A DNA stretch of 64,000 nucleotides. It comes from Anaeramoeba ignava BMAN. Taxonomy: Eukaryota > Protista > Anaeramoebae. Position numbers and translations under genes: made by a program. The stretch covers positions 486,775 to 550,774 of the forward strand of contig JAPDFW010000061.1 in NCBI GenBank assembly GCA_028826165.1, read 5' to 3'. Below are positions 12,673-25,319 of this stretch, piece after piece. A model generated the notes under the pieces. The model was not told where the DNA came from, ran no database searches, and worked only from the letters and a program-made list of their open reading frames with translations. Position 1 is the first letter of the stretch; the number at the start of each line of letters is the position of its first letter.

Positions 12673-13692
12673 ATGGAAGATGAAAAACCTAAAAATATTG
12701 AACAAGAAAATACAAATTTAAACACAAAACCAATCAAAATTAATGTAGGAGGGAAAATATTTGAAACATTAACAACAACTTTATCAAAATGGAAAAATTC
12801 AAAATTTGAAGAAATTATTACAAATCAAAAACAATTTCCAATAATAAATGATGGAATAATATTTTTTGATAGAAATCCAAAATATTTTGAAATCATTTTA
12901 GATTATTTAAGAACTTCAGAAGTTACAATTCCAAAAAAATTAAACAACAAAGAAGGATTAAGCCGTTTAATAAAAGAATCAAAATATTATTCAATTCATT
13001 CATTAACACAATTATTAAATGAAAAAATTCAAGTTTTACAAAGACAATCATTTACAATGAAAGAATTCCAAAGCCAAGCTTATTTGTTTCAAGCAAATAC
13101 ACCAAGAGAACCTTCACATATAAGCCAACCATATATCCCAATTATGGATGCAGGAAGAATAGAAAGACAAGATTTAACTGGATTGAGTTTGACTTTTATC
13201 AGGATTCAAAATTTCGAATTTATTGATTGTTTATTTGGACCTTCAACTTATTTTAATACTAATTTTGAAAATTGTAAATTTGATGGTTCAAGATTTGAAG
13301 GAGTTAATTTCCATAATTCCAAATTCATTGATTGCTCCTTTCAAAATGTTGAATTTGTTAATGTTGAACTTTGGGAATCTTTGTTCAAAACAAAACAAAA
13401 TTTTAAAGGAAGTGTTTTCAAATTATGCACACTTAACAAAACTAATTTTTCCAAATCAATTCTTGATAATTCAAGTTTTATTGATTGCAAAATCATTAAA
13501 TGTAAATTTTCAGGATGTGAAATTAATAATATTTGTATTCCTGAAAAACAATTCAAATCTAATTTCAAAGGAGCAAAAGTTACAAATTTAATTGATATTT
13601 CAAAATATAAAACAAAAATTAAAGAAGTTCAAGAATGGAATGAAGTTCTATTAGATATTGATAAATGGAAACAACATAAAGATCAAAAATAA
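12673..13692 (+). CDS. KCTD9-like BTB/POZ + pentapeptide-repeat protein
   Basis: Tandem paralog with the same motifs. Confidence 0.9.
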   Translation: MEDEKPKNIEQENTNLNTKPIKINVGGKIFETLTTTLSKWKNSKFEEIITNQKQFPIINDGIIFFDRNPKYFEIILDYLRTSEVTIPKKLNNKEGLSRLIKESKYYSIHSLTQLLNEKIQVLQRQSFTMKEFQSQAYLFQANTPREPSHISQPYIPIMDAGRIERQDLTGLSLTFIRIQNFEFIDCLFGPSTYFNTNFENCKFDGSRFEGVNFHNSKFIDCSFQNVEFVNVELWESLFKTKQNFKGSVFKLCTLNKTNFSKSILDNSSFIDCKIIKCKFSGCEINNICIPEKQFKSNFKGAKVTNLIDISKYKTKIKEVQEWNEVLLDIDKWKQHKDQK

Positions 13693-13904
13693 TTCAATTT
13701 AATTTCATTTCCAAATTCTTTTTTTATTTTCCAAATTAATTTTCCAAAATTTTTTTTTTCATTTCCAAATTCATTTTTTAATTTCAATTTTCCAAAATTT
13801 AATAATAAAAAAAGCAAAAAAAGTAATTTAATTAATTAAATTTTTTAATAAATAAAATATTTACCTATTCAAATTTTAATTTAAAAAAAAAAAAAGAAAC
13901 AAAA

Positions 13905-14945
13905 ATGGAAGATGAAAAACCTAAAAATATTGAACAAGAAAATTCAAATTTAAACATAAAACCAATTAGAATTAATGTAGGAGGGAAAATATTTGAAACA
14001 TTAACAACAACTTTATTAAAATGGAAAAATTCAAAATTTGAAGAAATTATTAAAAATCAAAAACAATTTCCAATAATAAATGATGGAATAATATTTTTTG
14101 ATAGAAATCCAAAATATTTTGAAATCATTTTAGATTATTTAAGAACTTCAAAAATTACAATTCCAACAAAATTTGAAAACAAAAAAGGATTAGAGATTTT
14201 GATAAAAGAATCAAAATATTATTCAATTCATTCATTAACACAATTATTAAATGAAAAACTTGAACTTTTTAAAAGACAATCATTTACTCCAAAAGAATTC
14301 AGAAAATGTATTAAAAAAACTTACACAAATAGCGCCATTCCTTTATATCTTTCATTTACGAATAAAACTAATCCTTCTTTTGAATGTGGAAGAATAGAAA
14401 GACATGATTTATCTGGATTGAGTTTAAATAGAGTAGTATTTACTAATTTTGAATTTATTGATTGTTTATTTGGACCTTCAACTTATATTAATACTAATTT
14501 TACAAATTGTAAATTTGATGGTTCAAGATTTGAACAAGTTACTTTTATAGAACCAAAACTGAGTGATCCAAAATTCGAAAATTGTTCATTTGAAAATGTT
14601 GAATTTGTTAATATTCTTTTTCCTAATAATTTTTTCTTTTCAATGCAAAATTTTAAAGGAAGTATTTTCAAATTATGCACATTTAACAAAACTAATTTTT
14701 TCAAATCAAATTTTGATAATTCGAGTTTTATTGATTGTAAAATGACTTTATGTAATTTTTCAGGATGTGAAATGAATAATATTTGTATTCCTGAAGAACA
14801 ATTCAAATCTTGCAATACAAAAGGAACAAAAGTTAAAAATTTGATTGATATTTCAAAATATAAAACAAAAATTAAAGAAGTTCAAGAATGGAATGAAGTT
14901 CTATCAGATATTGATAAATGGAAACAATATAAAGATCAAAAATAA
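13905..14945 (+). CDS. KCTD9-like BTB/POZ + pentapeptide-repeat protein
   Basis: Tandem paralog with the same motifs. Confidence 0.9.
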   Translation: MEDEKPKNIEQENSNLNIKPIRINVGGKIFETLTTTLLKWKNSKFEEIIKNQKQFPIINDGIIFFDRNPKYFEIILDYLRTSKITIPTKFENKKGLEILIKESKYYSIHSLTQLLNEKLELFKRQSFTPKEFRKCIKKTYTNSAIPLYLSFTNKTNPSFECGRIERHDLSGLSLNRVVFTNFEFIDCLFGPSTYINTNFTNCKFDGSRFEQVTFIEPKLSDPKFENCSFENVEFVNILFPNNFFFSMQNFKGSIFKLCTFNKTNFFKSNFDNSSFIDCKMTLCNFSGCEMNNICIPEEQFKSCNTKGTKVKNLIDISKYKTKIKEVQEWNEVLSDIDKWKQYKDQK

Positions 14946-15157
14946 TTCAATTTAATTTCATTTTCATCAATTCTTTTTAAAAAAAAAGCAAATATTTTTT
15001 TTGTTTTTTTTTTATTTACTTTTAAAAAAAAGAATCCAAATTTATTCAAGAAAAAAAAATTTTTTTTCTTCTTCTTTTTCTTTTTCTTCTTCTTTTTTTA
15101 AAAAAAGGATAATTTGTTTTGTTTTCTTTTTTTTTGAGGAGCAAAAGAAAAATTGAA

Positions 15158-18100
15158 TTAAAGATATAAATCGCGTTGACCTTTTTTGATTTTCTCGATA
15201 TTTTTCCTAGTCAATTCCCTTGTTGAAGGATTAGGGATATTTGGCAATTCTTTAGAAATAGTTTCCCAACCGATTTTAGCGGTTTCTTTTGGGGCGTAAT
15301 CAATCAAGTATTCAGCAGTAGTAGTTAAAGCATTTGGAAGACACATATTAGCGATATCACCTTTTTTGGCAATTTTCATAAAGTTTTCGCCAGTTCTTCC
15401 TAGTCTGTAGCATCCAGTACAAAAAGATGGAACAAATCCATCTTTGAGTAAGTCTTGAATTACTTGGTCAGTGTTTCTTTGATCCGAAATTGAAAATTGT
15501 CCTTTGCTTTCGCTGTTTTGTTTCTCCTTTGAATATGACCCAACGCTTGTTATGCTTCCTGCTGATATCTGGCTTACCCCAAGTTTCATTACTTCTTTTC
15601 GCATCTCTGTTGTTTCTCGTGTTGATAATATCATCCCTGTGTAAGGTACAGAACATCGAAGTATCGCAACTATTTTTTTAAATGTTATGTCGTCAATTGC
15701 ATAAGGTGGATTGTATGCTAATGGTGTGTTTTTGGCTGGTCGGATTCTTGGAACACCTTTTTAATTTTTAATTTAAATTAATTTTTAATTTTTAATTTTA
15801 AATTAATTTTTAAATTCATTTTTAAATTCATTTTTAAATTAATTTTTAAATTTATTTGTAAATTCTAAATTAATTTTTAAATTCATTTCTAAATTTATTT
15901 TTAAATTCATTTTTAAATTCATTTTTAAATTCATTTTTAAATTCATTTTTAAATTCATTTTTAAATTCATTTTTAAATTCATTTCTAAATTAATTTTTAA
16001 ATTCATTTTTAAATTCATTTTTAAATTCATTTTTAAATTCATTTTTAAATTCATTTTTAAATTCATTTTTAATTTCATTTTTAAATTCATTTTTAATTTT
16101 TAAATTCATTCTTAAATTCATTTTTAATTTCATTTTTAAATTCATTTTTAAATTCATTTTTAAATCCATTTTTAAATTCTAAATTAATTTTTAAATTAAT
16201 TTTTAATTTCATTTTTAAATCCATTTTTAAATTCATTTTTAAATTAATTTCTAAATTCATTTCTAAATTCATTTCTAAATTCATTTTTAAATTCATTTTT
16301 AAATTAATTTTTAAATTTATTTGTAAATTCTAAATTCATTTTTAAATTAAATTCTAAATTAATTTTTAAATTCATTTTTAATTTCATTTTTAAATTCATT
16401 TTTAATTTTTAAATTCATTTCTAAATTCATTTTTAAATTAATTTTTAAATTAATTTTTAAATCCATTTTTAAATTCATTTTTAAATTCATTTTTAAATTC
16501 ATTTTTAAATTCATTTCTAAATTCATTTTTAAATTCATTTTTAAATTCATTTCTAAATTCATTTTTAAATTCATTTTTAAATTCATTCTTAAATTCATTT
16601 TTAAATTCATTTTTAAATTCTAAATTGTTAAATTGTAAATCTATCTTTAAATAAGATTTTTACTAATTGTATGTGGTCCTGCATGATATGCTTTATCTAA
16701 ATGTTGCGCATGTTGTAATAAACTAAGAACTTCAAATCTATAATCAAAAAGACCATAAAGAGCACCAATACCTAAATAAATTAAATAAATCAATGAAATC
16801 AATTAAATCAAATAAATCAATCAAATTAAATCAAATAATAAAATAAATACCAATATCATCCATTCCTCCAATTTGTGCTCTATCCATAGTAAGTAATCGA
16901 TATTCATAATCAGATTTTGCTCCATTTGGATGCATTTTATTGAAAGAATCTCTGTGATAAGTTTCTTGAAAAAGTGTATAAGTTCCAACACAATTAGTTG
17001 CTTTTAATCTTTTGAAATCAGAAACACTTAAAGCTGGAATTTCAACATTTATTCTTCTTATTTCACCATGAGGAGGTGATTTAACAGCATATGCAGTTTT
17101 AAGAGCATCAAGAAATTCATCAAAAGGATAAATAGGATGTTCTCCAGTTAACATAAGTATTCTTTTGTGTCCTTGATTTTCAAGTGCAATAACTTCATTA
17201 ATAAGTTCTTGTTTTGTTAATTTTGATCTTGGAATATCAGTATTTGAACCACGATATCCACAATAAAGACATCCTCCAGTACAATAATTTGATACATATA
17301 AAGGTGCAAATAAAACAATTCGATTTCCATATATTCTTTGTTTAATAAATAATGCTGTATTGAAAAGTTCATCTAATAAATCTTTGTTTTTTGTATCCAT
17401 ATTTAAAAGTGTTGCTGTTTCTTCTAATGTTAATCCTTGTACAAATTCATCTTTTAAATCTTCTTTTATATTCTTTAATAATGCATGATCTTTCGCTTTT
17501 TCAAGTATTTCTTTTATTGCATATTTATCTTTTGCTTTTTTTTTCGTTTTTTCAAGTGCTTCAAATATTTTATCTTCTTGAATAATATCTCTAACATCAG
17601 GAAGTTTATAATTTGTATCTCTTTCAGGAGACCAAGAAGTTCCTTTCATTTTCAATTTTTGATTTTGATTTTAATTTTGATTTTAATTTTAATTTTAATT
17701 TTAATTTTAATTTTGATTTTGATTTTAATTTTAATTTTGATTTTGATTTTGATTTTAATTTTGATTTTAATTTTAATTTTGATTTTAATTTTGATTTTGA
17801 TTTTTAATTTTGATTTTGATTTTAATTTTGATTTTGATTTTAATTTTGATTTTGATTTTGATTTTGATTTTAATTTTAATTTTAATTTTAATTTTAATTT
17901 TAATTTTGATTTTGATTTTGATTTTGATTTTGATTTTAATTTTAATTTTAATTTTAATTTTAATTTTGATTTTGATTTTGATTTTGATTTTAATTTTAAT
18001 TTTAATTTTAATTTTAATTTTAATTTTGATTTTGATTTTTGATTTTGAATTTGATTTTGATTTTAATTTTAATTTTAATTTTGATTTTAATTTTAATTTT

Positions 18101-18411
18101 AATTTTGATTTTAATTTTAAATTTTAATTTTATTTTTATTTTAATTTTATAAATGAATTTTGATTTTAATTTTAATTTTGATTTTGATTTTGATTTAAAT
18201 TTTGATTTTAATTTTAATTTTAATTTTAATTTTGATTTTAATTTAAATTTTAATTTTAATTTTGATTTTAATTTTAATTTTAATTTTGATTTTAATTTTG
18301 ATTTTAATTTTTACCTTTGTAATGTAATCTAGATGAAAATTTTGAAACTAATTTTTGTGTTAAAAATGATCTTTTTGGTTTTTGAATTGATTTTAATAAA
18401 ATTAAACTCAT
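15158..18411 (-). CDS. hydG: [FeFe]-hydrogenase maturase HydG (radical SAM) with organellar presequence (exons 18411-18315, 17642-16851, 16771-16664, 15756-15158)
   Basis: YGNRIVLFAPLYVSNYCTGGCLYC (Cx3Cx2C), LFQETYH, GPHTISVPR, C-terminal FCTGCYR...MCLPN; exon 1 MSLILLKSIQKPKRSFLTQKLVSKFSSRLHYK is basic, Ser/Leu-rich and has no acidic residues. Confidence 0.93.
15770..16620. repeat. Intronic 12-bp tandem repeat (AAATTCATTTTT)n
   Basis: Fills hydG intron 3. Confidence 0.9.
17655..18310. repeat. Intronic hexamer microsatellite (ATTTTA/ATTTTG)n
   Basis: Fills hydG intron 1. Confidence 0.9.
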
Positions 18412-19061
18412 TTTTTTAAATGTTTTTAATTTTTGAAATTAAATTGAATTTTTGATTTGTAATGTAAACTAAAATTTGTTTGTTTTTAAAAAAAATAAAA
18501 ATAAAAACAAAAACAAAAACAAGATGAAAGGAAAAAAATGAAGAAAATGAAAAAAGAAAAAAAATTTTTTTAAAAAAAAAAAACCAACAAAGCAAAAAAA
18601 AAAAACCAACTGGAATTTAATTAATTTTTTTAAAAGAAAATTTAATTGATTAGAATTTAAATTTAATTTAGATTATTTTCATTTTAATTTTTTTTTGAAT
18701 TATTTTTTGTAATTTGGATACATTTGGGGGATTCAAAACAAAAACAATCTTTAAAAGAAATTGATCTTAAATTTTTTTGTGTTGATTTTCTTTTTCCTTT
18801 TATTTTTTCTATTGATCAATTAATTTGATCCAAAAGAAAATAATTGAAAATAAATGAAAAATAATTGAAAAATAATTGAAAAATAAATGAAAATAAAAAA
18901 CACCCCTTTTTAAATAAATAAATAAAAAAATAAATAAAAAAGGGGTTTTGATCAATTTAAAATAAAAAAATTTTAGATCTTATTTTAATTTTTAATTTTT
19001 TTTGGAAAAGAAATTTAATTCTATTTCTTATCCCAATTTCCATTCCTTTTTTAACAGAAAA

Positions 19062-19280
19062 TTTTGAATTTGATTTTAATTTTGATTTTAATTTTGATTT
19101 TAATTTTAATTTTGATTTTGATTTTGATTTTGATTTTTATTTTAATTTTAATTTTAATTTTAATTTTAATTTTAATTTCAATTTTTGATTTTGATTTTAA
19201 TTTTAATTTTGATTTTAATTTTATTTTTAATTTTGATTTTGATTTTTATTTTAATTTTGATTTTGATTTTGATTTTGATT
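19062..19280. repeat. Hexamer microsatellite (ATTTTR)n at the 3' border of the actin array
   Basis: Visible tandem repeat. Confidence 0.8.
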
Positions 19281-19352
19281 AAAAGAAAGATTAAAAGAAA
19301 GATTAAAAGAAAGATTAAAATTAAAGAAATTAAAATTTGGAATTTGATTCTT

Positions 19353-20480
19353 TCAAAAACATTTTTTGTGAACTATTGAAGGTCCAGATTCTTTATATTC
19401 TTCTTTTGAAATCCACATATTTTGGAAAGTAGAAAGAGAAGCTAAAATAGATCCTCCAATCCAAGTTAAATATTTTCTTTCAGGAGGTGCAATTACTTTA
19501 ACTTCCATATTAAGAGGAGCTAATTGATTAATTTCTTTTTGAAATCTATCAGAAATTCCTGGAAACATTGTTGAACCTCCTGATAAAATAATATTTCCAT
19601 AAAGATCTTTTCTACAAAAAACATCATAGTTCATAATTGAATTATAAGTTAGCTCATGAATTCCTGGTTGTGACATTTCAATAAAAAAAGGTTGAAATAA
19701 AACTTCTGGACATCTAAATCTTTCATTTCCGATTGTAATAATTTCTCCATCAGGTAATTCATAATTCTTTTCAATAGAATTAGATTCAGCAGCATTATCC
19801 ATTTCTTGATCAAAATCTAAAGCAACATAACAAAGTTTTTCTTTGATATCCTTAACAATTTCTCTTTCAGCAACTGTGGAAAATGAATATCCTCTTTCAG
19901 TCAAGATTTTCATTAAGTAATCAGTTAAACCTCTTCCTCCTAAATCCAGTCTTTTTATTGCATGAGGTGAAGCATATCCTTCATAAATTGGAACAGTATG
20001 AGAAACACCATCTCCAATTTCAACAACAATTCCTGTTGTTTTTCCTGAAGTATAAAGTGATAAAACTGATGAAATAGCAATATACATTGCTGGAGTATTA
20101 AATGTTTCAAACATAATTTCTGTCATTTTCTCTTTGTTTGCTTTTGGATTGAATGGAACTTCAGTTAATAAGACTGGATGTTCTTCAGGAGCAACTTTTA
20201 ATTCATTATAAAAAATATGATTCCAAATTTTTTCCATATCATCCCAATTTGTTACTATTCCATATTCTATTGGATATTTCAATGTTAATATCCCTCTTTT
20301 GGATTGTGCTTCATCTCCAACATATGAATCTTTTTGTCCCATTCCAACCATAACTCCTAAATGTCTTGGTCTTCCTACTATTGATGGAAAAACTGCTTTT
20401 GGTGCATCATCTCCTGCATATCCTGCTTTCATTATTCCTGAACCATTATCAATAACTATTGCTGCAGTATCATCACCCAT
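19353..20480 (-). CDS. Divergent actin, copy 1 (intact, 375 aa)
   Basis: [48 protein letters not shown]; intronless. Confidence 0.95.
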   Translation of the reverse strand: MGDDTAAIVIDNGSGIMKAGYAGDDAPKAVFPSIVGRPRHLGVMVGMGQKDSYVGDEAQSKRGILTLKYPIEYGIVTNWDDMEKIWNHIFYNELKVAPEEHPVLLTEVPFNPKANKEKMTEIMFETFNTPAMYIAISSVLSLYTSGKTTGIVVEIGDGVSHTVPIYEGYASPHAIKRLDLGGRGLTDYLMKILTERGYSFSTVAEREIVKDIKEKLCYVALDFDQEMDNAAESNSIEKNYELPDGEIITIGNERFRCPEVLFQPFFIEMSQPGIHELTYNSIMNYDVFCRKDLYGNIILSGGSTMFPGISDRFQKEINQLAPLNMEVKVIAPPERKYLTWIGGSILASLSTFQNMWISKEEYKESGPSIVHKKCF

Positions 20481-20886
20481 TTTTATTTTTTTAATAATAA
20501 AAAAAGAGGAAAATTGTTATTCTTTTTTATTTTTAAATTTATATTTTTTTGGAAAATAAAAAAATGAAAAAAAGGAAAAAAAGGAAAAAAAAGCAAAAAA
20601 AAAATAATTAAAAAGTGGAATTTTATTATTTTTTGTTTTTTGATTTAAATAATAAATAAAATAAATTAATCTAAAAAAAATAAAGTGGAATAAAAATCTA
20701 AAATTCTTTTTCTTTTTTTTTATTGAATCAAAATTCAAATTGAAAAAATAAATTTTTAAATTAAAAATAATTGAGAAAATAATTGATTTAAATAATTTTA
20801 AATCTTTTTTTTTTGATTAAATGAAAGAAAGATTAAAAGAAAGAAAGATTAAAATTAAAGAAATTAAAATTTGGAATTTGATTCTT

Positions 20887-22022
20887 TCAAAAACATTTTT
20901 GTGAACTATTGAAGGTCCAGATTCTTCATATTCTTCTTTTGAAATCCACATATTTTGGAAAGTAGAAAGAGAAGCTAAAATAGATCCTCCAATCCAAGTT
21001 GAATATTTTCTTTCAGGAGGTGCAATAATTTTAACTTTCATATTAGGAGGAGCTAATTGATTAATTTCTTTTTGAAATCTATCAGAAATTCCTGGAAACA
21101 TTGTTGAACCTCCTGATAAAACAATATTTCCATAAAGATCTTTTCTTATATCATCATCACATTTCATAATTGAATTATAAGTCAGTTCATGAATTCCTGG
21201 TTTATCAATTCCAATAAAAGAAGGATTGAATAAAAGTTCTGGATATCTAAATCTTTCATTTCCGATTGTAATAACTTGACCATCAGGTAATTCATAATTC
21301 TTTTCAATAGAATTAGATTTAGCAGCAATATCCATTTCTTGATCAAAATCTAAAGCAACATAACAAAGTTTTTCTTTGATATCGGAATAAATTCTCATTT
21401 TAGAGAATTGTGAAATTGTTTTAATCGAGTAATTTCCGAAAACTCTTTCTTGATTAAAATATTCAGTTAAATCTCTTCCTCCTAAATCAATTCTTTGTAT
21501 TGAAGAAACAAAACCAAAATCTTCATAGATGGAAAAAATATGAGTAACACCATCTCCAATTTCAACAACAGTTCCTGTTGTTCTTCCTAAAGCATAAAGT
21601 GATAAAGTTGGTGAAATAGCAACATACATTGCTGGTGTATTAAATGTTTCAAACATAATTTGTGTCATTTTCTCTCTGTTTGTTTTTGGATTCAATGGAA
21701 CTTCAGTTAATAAGACTGGATGTTCTTCAGGAGCAACTCTTAATTCATTATAAAAAGTATGATTCCAAATTTTTTCCATATCATCCCAATTTGTTACTAT
21801 TCCATATTCTATTGGATATTCCAATGTTAATATCCTTTTGGATTGAGCTTCATCTCCAACATATGAATCTTTTTGTCCCATTCCTAGATGTACTAAATTT
21901 CTTGGTCTTCCTACTATTGATGGGAAAACTGTTCTTGGTGCATCATTTCCTGCAAATCCTGCTTTAATCATTGATGAACCATTATCAATAACTATTGCTG
22001 CAATATCATCATCATCACCCAT
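20887..22022 (-). CDS. Divergent actin, copy 2 (1-nt homopolymer loss at the C-terminus, likely an error)
   Basis: Full actin motif set; the TGA homologous to copy 1 is at 20887-20889, while the ORF track reads through to 20817. Confidence 0.88.
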
Positions 22023-22432
22023 TTTTATTTTTTTAATAATAAAAAAAAAGGAAAATTGTTATTCTTTTTTATTTTTAAATTTATATTTTTTGGAAAATAA
22101 AAAAATGAAAAAAATGGAAAAAAAGGAAAAAAAGGAAAAAAAAAAAATTAATTAAAAAGTGGAATTTTATTATTTTTTGTTTTTTGATTTAAATAATAAA
22201 TAAAATAAATTAATCTAAAAAAAATAAAGTGGAATAAAAATCAAAATTCTTTTTCTTTTTTTTTATTGAATAAAAATTCAAATTGAAAAAATAAATTTTT
22301 AAATTAAAAATAATTGAGAAAATAATTGAGAAAATAATTGAGAAAATAATTGATTTAATTGATTTTAAATCTTTTTTTTTTGATTAAAAGAAAGATTAAA
22401 TTAAAGAAATTAAAATTTGGAATTTGATTCTT

Positions 22433-23550
22433 TCAAAAACATTTTCTGTGAACTATTGAAGGTCCAGATTCTTCATATTCTTCTTTTGAAATCCACATAT
22501 TTTGGAAAGTAGAAAGAGAAGCTAACTTAGATCCTCCAATCCAAGTTGAATATTTTCTTTCAGGAGGTGCAATAATTTTAACTTCCATATTAGGAGGAGC
22601 TAATTGAGTAATTTCTTTTTGAAGTCTATCAGAAATTCCTGGAAACATTGTTGAACCTCCTGATAAAACAATATTTCCATAAAGATCTTTTCTTATATCA
22701 TCATCACATTTCATAATTGATTTATAAGTCATTTCATGAATTCCTAGTTCATCGAATTCAATAAAAGAAGGTTGAAATAAAAGTTCTGGACATCTAAATC
22801 TTTCATTTCCGATTGTAATAATTTCTCCATTATCTAATTCATAATCCTTTTCAATAGAAGAAGATTCAGCAGCAATATCCATTTCTTCATCAAAATTCAA
22901 AGCAACATAACAAAGTTTTTCTTTGATATTCTTAGCAATTTCTCTTTCAGCAGTTGTTACAAATGAATTTCCTCTTTCATTCAAGATTTTCATTAAGTAA
23001 TCAGTTAAATCTCTTCCTCCTAAATCCATTCTTTTTATTGCATGAGGTAAAGCATATCCATCATAAATTGGAACAACAAAAGAAACACCATCTCCAATTT
23101 CAACAACAGTTCCTGTTAATCTTCCTGAAGCATAAAGTGATAAAGTTGGTGAAATAGCAACATGCATTGCTGGAGTATTAAATGTTTCAAACATAATTTG
23201 TGTCATTTTCTCTTTGTTTTTGGATTGAATGGAACTTCAGTTAAAAAGACTGAATGTTCTTCAGGAGATACTCTTAATTCATTATAAAAAGTATGATGCC
23301 AAATTTTTTCCATATCATCCCAATTTGTTACTATTCCATATTCTATTGGATATTTCAATGTTAATTTTCCTCTTTTGGATTGAACTTCATCTCCAACATA
23401 TGAATCTTTTTGTCCTAGATATACTAATTTTCTTACTCTTCCTACTATTGTTGGGAAAACTGCTTTTGGTGCATCATCTCCTGCAAATCCTGCTTTAATC
23501 ATTCCTGAACCATTATCAATAACTAATGCTCCAATATCATCATCATCCAT
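22433..23550 (-). CDS. Divergent actin, copy 3, frameshifted near 23215 (pseudogene or error)
   Basis: Two abutting ORFs cover the N- and C-terminal parts; about 4 nt missing relative to paralogs at NPKTN. Confidence 0.8.
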
Positions 23551-23962
23551 TTTTATTTTTTTAATAAAAAAAAAGGAAAATTGTTATTCTTTTTTATTTT
23601 TAAATTTATATTTTTTGGAAAATAAAAAAATGAAAAAGGAAAAAAAAAAAAGGAAAAAAAAAATTAATTAAAAAGTGGAATTTTATTATTTTTTGTTTTT
23701 TGATTTAAATAATAAATAAAATAAAATAAATTAATCTAAAAAAAATAAAGTGGAATAAAAATCAAAATTCTTTTTCTTTTTTTTTATTGAATAAAAATTC
23801 AAATTGAAAAAATAAATTTTTAAATTAAAATAATTGAGAAAATAATTGATTTAAATAATTGATTTAAATAATTGATTTAATTGATTTTAAATCTTTTTTT
23901 TTTGAAAAAAAAATTAAAAGAAAGAATAAATTAAAGAAATTAAAATTTGGAATTTGATTCTT

Positions 23963-25093
23963 TCAAAAACATTTTTTTGTGAACTATTGAAACTCCTGAT
24001 TCTTCATATTCTTCTTTTGAAATCCACATATTTTGGAAAGTAGAAAGAGAAGCTAACTAGATCCTCCAATCCAAGTTGAATATTTTCTTTCAGGAGGTGC
24101 AATAATTTTAACTTCCATATTAGGAGGAGCTAATTGAGTAATTTCTTTTTGAAGTCTATCAGAAATTCCTGGAAACATTGTTGAACCTCCTGATAAAACA
24201 ATATTTTCATAAAGATCTTTTCTTATATCAACATTACATTTCATAATTGAATTATAAGTTAGCTCATGAATTCCTGATTTTTCCATTCCAATAAAAGAAG
24301 GTTGAAATAAAAGTTCTGAACATCTAAATCTTTCATTTCCAATTGTAATAATTTCTCCATTAGATAATTCATAATTCTTTTCAATAGAATTAGATTCAGC
24401 AGCAATATCCATTTCTTGATCAAAATCCAAAGCAACATAACAAAGTTTTTCTTTGATATCTCTAACAATTTCTCTTTCATAAGTTTTTACAAATGAATAT
24501 CCTCTTTCAGTCATGATTTTCATTAAGTATTCAGTTAAATCTCTTCCTGCTAAATACATTCTTTGAATTGAAGAAAAAATGCGGAAGGATTCATTAAATC
24601 CAACAACAGAAGTAACACCATCTCCAATTTCAACAACAGTTCCTATTGTTCTTCCTGAAGCATAAAGTGATAAAGTTGGTGAAATAGCAACATACATTGC
24701 TGGAGTATTAAATGTTTCAAACATAATTTCTGTCATTTTCTCTTTGTTTGATTTTGGATTTAATGGAGCTTCAGTTAATAAGACTGGATGTTCTTCAGGA
24801 GCTATTCTTAATTCATTATAAAAAGTATGATTCCAAATTTTTTCCATATCATCCCAATTTGTTACTATTCCATTTCTTATTGGATATTTCAATGTTAATA
24901 TCCCTCTTTTGGATTGTGCTTCATCTCCAACATATGAATCTTTTTGTCCCATTCCAAACATAAATCCTAAATGTCTTACTCTTCCTACTATTGATGAGAA
25001 AACTGCTATTGGTGCATCATATCCTGCAAATCCTGCTTTAATCATTCCTGAACCATTATCAATAACTAATGCTGCAATATCATCACTATCCAT
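23963..25093 (-). CDS. Divergent actin, copy 4, 1-nt frameshift near 24057 (pseudogene or error)
   Basis: Actin ORF to WIGGS; [17 protein letters not shown] continues in another frame. Confidence 0.8.
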
Positions 25094-25319
25094 TTTTATT
25101 TTTTTTTAATAAAAAAAAAAAAAGGAAATTTGTTATTCTTTTTTATTTTTAAATTTATATTTTTTGGAAAATAAAAAAATGAAAAACAAAAATGAAAAAG
25201 GAAAAAAAGGAAAAAATTAATTAAAAAGTGGAATTTTATTATTTTTGTTTTTGATTTAAATAATTAATAAAATAAAATAAATTAAAAAAAATAAAGTGGA
25301 ATAAAAATCAAAATTCTGA

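Noticed and set aside
18902-18946. Inverted repeat ACCCCTTTTT...AAAAAGGGGT, and the small hairpin TAGCTT-TCG-AAGCTA at 33271-33285
   Set aside because: Short single occurrences with no supporting TSD, second copy or RNA-family context
20817-20889. Hydrophobic C-terminal extension on actin copy 2
   Set aside because: It results from one missing base in a T-run; the normal CF-stop sequence is present in the adjacent frame
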